5,968 nt of DNA from positions 1-5,968 of IMG/VR virus record IMGVR_UViG_2585427761_000016. The stretch is one strand, 5' to 3'. Below, piece by piece: positions 1 to 5,968 of the stretch. This stretch comes from a virus (taxonomy: Duplodnaviria; Heunggongvirae; Uroviricota; Caudoviricetes). The position numbers and the translations under genes are program-made. Below the pieces are notes generated by a model. That model was not told the DNA's origin. It ran no database searches and was given only the letters and a program-made list of their open reading frames with translations. Each line of letters opens with the position of its first letter. Within the stretch, counting starts at the first letter, position 1.

Positions 1-2430
1 CAGGCGCTGGCTGCACAAAAAGCCGGGATTTCCGTCGGGCAGTATAAAGCGGCCATGCGAACCCTGCCCGCACAGTTTACGGATATCGCCACGCAGCTTG
101 CCGGTGGTCAGAATCCCTGGCTGATCCTGCTGCAACAGGGCGGTCAGGTGAAGGACTCCTTCGGCGGGATGATCCCCATGTTCAGGGGGCTTGCCGGTGC
201 GATCACCCTGCCGATGGTCGGGGTCACCTCGCTGGCGGTGGCGACAGGTGCGCTGGCGTACGCCTGGTACCAGGGGGATTCCACGCTTTCAGCGTTTAAT
301 AAAACCCTGGTTCTTTCCGGTAATCAGTCCGGACTGACTGCCGATCGCATGCTGACGCTCTCCAGAGCCGGACAGGCCGCAGGGCTGACGTTTAACCAGG
401 CGAGTGAGTCACTGGCAGCCCTGGTGAATGCCGGTGTGCGTGGTGGTGAACAGTTTGATGCCATCAACCAGAGTGTCGCGCGTTTTGCTTCTGCATCCGG
501 TGTGGAGGTGGACAAGGTTGCAGAGGCTTTCGGAAAACTGACCACCGACCCTACGTCGGGGCTGATTGCGATGGCGCGCCAGTTCCGTAACGTGACGGCA
601 GAGCAGATTGCGTATGTTGCGCAGCTGCAGCGTTCCGGTGATGAGGCCGGGGCCTTACAGGCGGCGAACGATATCGCCACGAAAGGCTTTGATGAGCAGA
701 CCCGTCGCCTGAAAGAAAACATGGGGACACTGGAGACCTGGGCGGATAAAACCGGGAAGGCATTCAAATCGATGTGGGATGCCATTCTGGATATCGGTCG
801 TCCTGAGTCCTCAGCGGATATGCTCGCCAGTGCGCAGAAGGCATTTGATGAGGCGGATAAAAAATGGCAGTGGTACCAGAGCCGGAGCCAGCGCCGCGGT
901 AAAACCTCCTCTTTCCGGGCCAACCTTCAGGGCGCATGGAATGACCGGGAAAATGCCCGTCTGGGGCTGGCAGCGGTCACGCTGCAGTCGGATATGGAAA
1001 AAGCCGGTGAACTGGCCGCCAGGGACCGGGCCGAACGGGACGCATCACAGCTGAAGTATACCGGAGAGGCGCAGAAGGCGTATGAGCGTCTGCTGACGCC
1101 GCTGGAGAAATATACCGCCCGTCAGGAAGAACTGAATAAGGCACTGAAAGACGGGAAAATCCTGCAGGCAGATTACAACACGCTGATGGCGGCGGCGAAA
1201 AAGGACTATGAAGCGACGCTGAAAAAGCCGAAACAGTCCGGCGTGAAGGTGTCTGCGGGCGATCGTCAGGAAGACAGTGCTCATGCTGCCCTGCTGACGC
1301 TTCAGGCAGAACTCCGGATGCTGGAGAAGCATGCCGGAGCGAATGAGAAAATCAGCCAGCAGCGTCGCGATTTATGGAAAGCGGAAAATCAGTATGCGGT
1401 CCTGAAAGAGGTAGCCACGAAACGGCAGTTATCTGAGCAGGAAAAATCCCTGCTGACCCATGAGAAAGAGACGCTGGAGTACAAACGCCAGCTGGCTGAG
1501 CTGGGAGACAAAGTTGAACACCAGAAACGGCTGAATGAGCTGGCACAGCAGGCTGCGCGGTTTGAGCAGCAGCAGGGCGCGAAGCAGGCGGCCATCAGCG
1601 CAAAAGCCCGCGGCCTCACCGACCGTCAGGCGCAGCGGGAGTCGGAAGAGCAGCGCCTTCGTGACGTGTACGGTGATAATCCGGATGCGCTGGCGAAGGC
1701 CACATCTGCACTGAAGAACACCTGGTCTGCGGAGGAGCAGCTTCGTGGAAGCTGGATGGCCGGTCTGAAGTCCGGCTGGGGCGAGTGGGCAGAAAGTGCG
1801 ACGGACAGTTTTTCGCAGGTTAAAAGCGTGGCCACGCAGACCTTTGACGGTATTGCACAGAATATGGCAGCGATGCTGACCGGCAGCGAACAGAACTGGC
1901 GTGGGTTCACCCGTTCTGTGCTCTCCATGCTGACAGAGATTTTTCTGAAGCAGGCAATGGTGGGGATTGTCGGGAGTATCGGCAGCGCCATTGGCGGTGC
2001 TTTCGGTGGTGGTGCGTCTGCCTCCACGGGGACGGCCATTCAGGCTGCGGCGGCGAACTTCCATTTCGCGACCGGGGGATTTACGGGGACGGGGGGTAAA
2101 TATGAACCTGCGGGAATTGTTCATCGCGGGGAGTTTGTCTTCACGAAGGAGGCAACCAGCCGGATTGGCGTCGGCAACCTGTATCGTCTGATGCGCGGGT
2201 ATGCGGAAGGTGGTTATGTGGGCGGTGCCGGAAGTCCGGCGCAGATGCGGCGGACGGAAGGCATTAATTTTAATCAGAACAATCACGTGGTGATTCAGAA
2301 CGACGGCTCCAACGGACAGGCGGGGCCGCAGCTGATGAAGGCGGGGTATGACATGGCCCGCAAGGGGGCGCAGGATGAGATTCAGGCGCAGATGCGTGAT
2401 GGCGGCGTCTTTTCCGGAGGCAGGCGATGA
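1..2430 (+). CDS. H: Tail tape measure protein (lambda gpH-like), 5' end truncated by window start
   Basis: Reading frame is open from position 1 with no stop; the first ATG at 55 is internal. The translation (QALAAQKAGISVGQYKAAM..LPAQFTD.ATQLAGGQ.PWLILLQQGGQVKDSFGGMIPMFRGLAGAITLPMVG...) matches my recollection of lambda gpH along most of its length. Central region is charged with coiled-coil character; C-terminal region is Gly-rich and hydrophobic (GSIGSAIGGAFGGGASAS...FHFATGGFTGTGGKYEPAGIVHRGEFVFTKEATSRIG). Stop overlaps the M start (ATGA at 2427-2430). Identity is recalled from memory, not searched. Confidence 0.9.
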   Translation, partial: QALAAQKAGISVGQYKAAMRTLPAQFTDIATQLAGGQNPWLILLQQGGQVKDSFGGMIPMFRGLAGAITLPMVGVTSLAVATGALAYAWYQGDSTLSAFNKTLVLSGNQSGLTADRMLTLSRAGQAAGLTFNQASESLAALVNAGVRGGEQFDAINQSVARFASASGVEVDKVAEAFGKLTTDPTSGLIAMARQFRNVTAEQIAYVAQLQRSGDEAGALQAANDIATKGFDEQTRRLKENMGTLETWADKTGKAFKSMWDAILDIGRPESSADMLASAQKAFDEADKKWQWYQSRSQRRGKTSSFRANLQGAWNDRENARLGLAAVTLQSDMEKAGELAARDRAERDASQLKYTGEAQKAYERLLTPLEKYTARQEELNKALKDGKILQADYNTLMAAAKKDYEATLKKPKQSGVKVSAGDRQEDSAHAALLTLQAELRMLEKHAGANEKISQQRRDLWKAENQYAVLKEVATKRQLSEQEKSLLTHEKETLEYKRQLAELGDKVEHQKRLNELAQQAARFEQQQGAKQAAISAKARGLTDRQAQRESEEQRLRDVYGDNPDALAKATSALKNTWSAEEQLRGSWMAGLKSGWGEWAESATDSFSQVKSVATQTFDGIAQNMAAMLTGSEQNWRGFTRSVLSMLTEIFLKQAMVGIVGSIGSAIGGAFGGGASASTGTAIQAAAANFHFATGGFTGTGGKYEPAGIVHRGEFVFTKEATSRIGVGNLYRLMRGYAEGGYVGGAGSPAQMRRTEGINFNQNNHVVIQNDGSNGQAGPQLMKAGYDMARKGAQDEIQAQMRDGGVFSGGRR

Positions 2431-2756
2431 AAACCTTTCGCTGGAAAGTGAAGCCGGATATGGAGGTGAACTCGCAGCCATCGGTGCGTGAAGTGCGTTT
2501 TGGTGACGGGTATTCGCAGCGTATGGCGGCGGGGCTGAATGCTGACCTGAAAACATACCGTGTGACGCTTTCCGTGACCCGGGAGGAGGCCCGGCATCTG
2601 GAAGCGTTCCTGGCAGAGCACGGAGGCTGGAAGGCATTTTTGTGGAAGCCACCCTATGCATACCGGCAGATAAAGGTGACCTGTGCCGGGTGGTCTGCGC
2701 GGGTCGGGATGTTGCGCGTTGAGTTCAGCGCGGAGTTTAAGCAGGTGGTGAACTGA
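2427..2756 (+). CDS. M: Minor tail protein M (lambda gpM-like), 109 aa
   Basis: ORF of 109 aa beginning MKTFRWKVKP...TYRVTLSV...IKVTCA.WS.RV.MLRVEFSAEF.QVVN, same length as and closely similar to lambda gpM as I recall it. GGAGG Shine-Dalgarno at 2416-2420, 6 nt before the ATG. Start overlaps the H stop (ATGA); its stop overlaps the L start (TGATG at 2754-2758), consistent with translational coupling. Confidence 0.9.
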   Translation: MKTFRWKVKPDMEVNSQPSVREVRFGDGYSQRMAAGLNADLKTYRVTLSVTREEARHLEAFLAEHGGWKAFLWKPPYAYRQIKVTCAGWSARVGMLRVEFSAEFKQVVN

Positions 2757-3455
2757 TGCAGGATATTCACGAAGAAAGCCTGAACGAGTCGGTTAAATCA
2801 GAGCAGTCACCGCGGGTGGTGCTCTGGGAAATTGACCTGACGGTGCAGGGTGGTGAGCGGTATTTTTTCTGCAATGCGCTGAATGAAAAAGGGGAGGCGG
2901 TTACCTGGCAGGGGCGGCAATATCAGGCATACCCGATTGACGGCAGTGGCTTTGAGATGAACGGGAAGGGCAGCAGTGCCCGCCCGTCGCTGACGGTGTC
3001 GAATCTGTTCGGTCTGGTCACCGGAATGGCGGAGGACCTGCAGAGCCTGGTGGGGGCCACGGTGGTCCGCCGCCGGGTGTATGCCCGTTTTCTGGATGCG
3101 GTGAATTTTGTGGCGGGCAATCCGGAAGCGGACCCGGAGCAGGAGCTGAGCGACCGCTGGGTGGTGGAGCAGATGTCAGAGCTGACGGCCATGACAGCCT
3201 CGTTTGTGCTGGCAACACCGACGGAGACGGACGGAGCGCTGTTTCCCGGTCGCATTATGCTGGCGAATACCTGTATGTGGACCTACCGGGGAGATGAATG
3301 CGGGTATAACGGGCGGGGCTGTGGCGGATGAGTTCGATAAACCCACCACCGATATCCGTAAGGACAGATGCAGCAAGTGCATGCGCGGGTGTGAGATGCG
3401 CGGCATGGTGGCTAATTTTGGCGGTTTCCTTTCCATTAATAAACTTTCGCAGTAA
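2756..3455 (+). pseudogene. L: Tail tip protein L (lambda gpL-like), disrupted by a +1 frameshift at about 3314-3318 (or a homopolymer sequencing error)
   Basis: Frame A (2756..3331, 191 aa: MQDI...VVLWEIDLT..GGERYFFCN...RIMLANTCMWTYRGDECGYNG) ends at TGA 3329-3331 after 5 aberrant residues. Frame B (to the stop at 3453-3455) carries the expected gpL C-terminus AVADEFDKPTTDIRKDRCSKCMRGCEMRGMVANFGGFLSINKLSQ. The frames join at GGGCGGGGCT (3311-3320); deleting one G from the G4 run 3315-3318 gives a continuous product of about 232 aa, the size of lambda gpL. Confidence 0.75.
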
Positions 3456-3465
3456 ATCCCGGTTT

Positions 3466-4209
3466 ATGACACAGACTGAATCAGCGATTCTGGCGCATGC
3501 CCGGCGGTGTGCGCCTGCGGAGTCGTGCGGCTTCGTGGTGAGAACGCCGGAGGGGGAGCGGTATCTGCCGTGTGTGAATATCTCCGCAGAGCCGGAGGCG
3601 TATTTTCGTATCGCACCGGAAGACTGGCTGCGGGCAGAGATGCAGGGGGAGATTGTGGCACTGGTCCACAGTCATCCCGGTGGTCTGCCCTGGCTGAGCG
3701 AGGCCGACCGGCGGCTGCAGATAAAAAGTGCACTGTCCTGGTGGCTGGTCTGCCGGGGGGAAATTCATAAATTCCGCTGTGTGCCACATCTGACAGGACG
3801 GCGCTTTGAGCACGGGGTGACGGACTGTTACACGCTGTTCCGGGATGCCTACCATCTGGCGGGAATTGATATGCCGGATTTTGAGCGTGAGGATGACTGG
3901 TGGCGCAACGGTCAGAACCTGTACCTGGACAATATGGAGGCGACTGGTTTTTACAGGATTTCCCTGCCTTCCGCACAGCCTGGCGATATCCTGCTGTGCT
4001 GCTTTGGCGCATCGGTGGCCAATCATGCCGCCATATACTGCGGCAACGGTGAGCTGCTTCACCATCTGCCTGAACAACTGAGTAAACGGGAGAGGTATTC
4101 CGAAAAATGGCAACGACGAACGCATTCAGCCTGGCGTCACCGCCACTGGCACGCATCTGCCTTCACGGGGATTTACAACGATTTGGCCGCCGCCTCAGCC
4201 TGTATGTGA
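3466..4209 (+). CDS. K: Tail tip assembly protein K (lambda gpK-like), with MPN/JAMM and NlpC/P60 domains, 247 aa
   Basis: ATG at 3466 is 10 nt after the L stop, and the protein begins MTQTESAILAHARRCAPAESCGFVV. JAMM motif H-x-H-x7-S-x2-D is present (HSHPGGLPWLSEAD, nt 3667-3708). NlpC/P60-like Cys (DCYTLF, Cys codon 3826-3828) and downstream His (NHAAIY) are present. The 3' end overlaps gene I by 103 nt in another frame. The longer track ORF starting at 3328 would lie entirely inside L and is rejected. No obvious Shine-Dalgarno, so the start is probably coupled to L. Confidence 0.85.
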   Translation: MTQTESAILAHARRCAPAESCGFVVRTPEGERYLPCVNISAEPEAYFRIAPEDWLRAEMQGEIVALVHSHPGGLPWLSEADRRLQIKSALSWWLVCRGEIHKFRCVPHLTGRRFEHGVTDCYTLFRDAYHLAGIDMPDFEREDDWWRNGQNLYLDNMEATGFYRISLPSAQPGDILLCCFGASVANHAAIYCGNGELLHHLPEQLSKRERYSEKWQRRTHSAWRHRHWHASAFTGIYNDLAAASACM

Positions 4210-4787
4210 ACACGGCAGCGGAAGCCATTCGCGCCCTGTCGATGCAGATGCCGGGCTTTCGCCGTCAGATGAACGAAGGCTGGTACCAGATACGTATTGC
4301 CGGTGATGACACGGCACCGGAGGCGGTGTATGCCCGTCTTCACGAACAGCTGGGTGAGGGAACGGTCATCCACATTGTGCCGCGACTGGCCGGGGCCGGA
4401 AAGGGTGGACTGCAGATTGTGCTGGGGGCGGCAGCCATCGTGGGCTCTTTCTTCACGGCCGGAGGCTCGATGGCGTTATGGGGTACAGCCCTGAGTGCCG
4501 GTGGTTTTTCTGCCACCACGATGCTGTTTTCACTGGGGGCCAGCATGATACTGGGCGGTGTGGCCCAGATGCTGGCCCCGAAGGCAAAAACACCGGAGTA
4601 CAAAAGCACGGATAACGGTAAACAGAACACGTACTTTTCCTCCCTGGATAACATGATTGCCCAGGGTAACCCGATGCCGGTGCCTTACGGGGAAATGCTG
4701 GTTGGCTCCCGCCGTATATCCCAGGACATCAGTACCCGTGATGAAGGCGGGGGCGGAAAGGTCGTGGTTATCGGGCGGCAGGGGTAA
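4107..4787 (+). CDS. I: Tail tip assembly protein I (lambda gpI-like), 226 aa
   Basis: Translation MATTNAFSLASPPLARICLHGDLQRFGRRL...AEAIRAL...GWYQIRIAG...VIHIVPRLAGAGKGG.QIVLGAAAIVGSFFTAG...FSLGASMILGGVAQMLAPKAKTP...TDNGKQNTYFSSLDNMIAQGN.MPVPYGEMLVGSRRISQDISTRDEGGGGKVVVIGR matches my recollection of lambda gpI (ubiquitin-like N-terminus, Gly-rich hydrophobic middle). GGGAGAGG lies about 14 nt upstream of the ATG. Stop is TAA at 4785-4787. Confidence 0.85.
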   Translation: MATTNAFSLASPPLARICLHGDLQRFGRRLSLYVNTAAEAIRALSMQMPGFRRQMNEGWYQIRIAGDDTAPEAVYARLHEQLGEGTVIHIVPRLAGAGKGGLQIVLGAAAIVGSFFTAGGSMALWGTALSAGGFSATTMLFSLGASMILGGVAQMLAPKAKTPEYKSTDNGKQNTYFSSLDNMIAQGNPMPVPYGEMLVGSRRISQDISTRDEGGGGKVVVIGRQG

Positions 4788-4833
4788 AAAGAATAAAAAA
4801 ATCCCGCAGTGATCGCGGACAGGAACTGCGGGA
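4786..4833 (-). terminator. Putative Rho-independent terminator oriented on the minus strand
   Basis: Perfect 8-bp inverted repeat TCCCGCAG (4802-4809) / CTGCGGGA (4826-4833) with a 16-nt loop. On the + strand it is preceded by the A-rich tract 4786-4801 (AAAAAGAATAAAAAAA), so on the - strand the hairpin is followed by UUUUUUUAUUCUUUUU. It is not a + strand terminator because no T-tract follows it on +. The large loop lowers confidence. Confidence 0.35.
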
Positions 4834-4873
4834 GAGTTACGAAGATTAAGTGTAAGGAATTATTCTTATATCA

Positions 4874-5968
<1,095 letters not shown>

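Noticed and set aside
1429-2661. Long minus-strand ORF (410 aa) antisense to the tape measure gene and the start of M
   Set aside because: Its translation is low-complexity and rich in R/P/A/S, it has no recognisable family features, and it lies entirely antisense to strongly supported genes. Long open antisense frames are typical of GC-rich coding DNA. The other internal antisense ORFs in H (324..923, 1626..2039 and similar) are rejected for the same reason.
3311-3331. Possibility that the L frameshift is a programmed recoding event, like the G-T frameshift of lambda tail chaperones
   Set aside because: The shift needed is +1, not -1, and there is no slippery X_XXY_YYZ heptamer or known +1 recoding context. 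Programmed frameshifting in lambdoid tail operons is established for G/GT upstream of H, not for L. A mutation or sequencing error in the G4 run is far more likely.
3328-3465. Upstream extension of the K ORF starting at the ATG at 3328
   Set aside because: This start would put the first 46 codons entirely inside gene L in another frame. The homologous K sequence begins at the ATG at 3466 (MTQTESAIL...), immediately after the L stop.
3464-4156. Minus-strand ORFs of 230 aa (3464..4156) and 214 aa (3481..4125) antisense to K
   Set aside because: Both lie wholly inside the well-supported K gene on the opposite strand, with Pro/Arg/Ala-rich low-complexity translations and no start context. They are treated as spurious antisense frames.

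Overview
This window is the distal end of a lambda-like siphovirus tail-assembly module (tape measure H, then M, L, K, I, all on the + strand), followed by a 195-bp AT-rich spacer and the left part of an IS3-family (IS911-like) insertion sequence that runs off the window end. The protein identifications rest on my recall of phage lambda gpH/gpM/gpL/gpK/gpI and IS911 OrfA/OrfB; no database search was run. Three things make the module look degenerate: gene L is split by a +1 frameshift in a G4 run, the J gene expected after I is absent, and an IS sits where J should be. This suggests a cryptic prophage remnant, probably enterobacterial. I do not see a novel defence or other undescribed multi-gene system. 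The most novel-looking candidate is a possible ~100-nt antisense small-RNA unit (promoter plus intrinsic terminator on the - strand) in the AT-rich spacer, which is a hypothesis only. No tRNA, rRNA or CRISPR array was seen.
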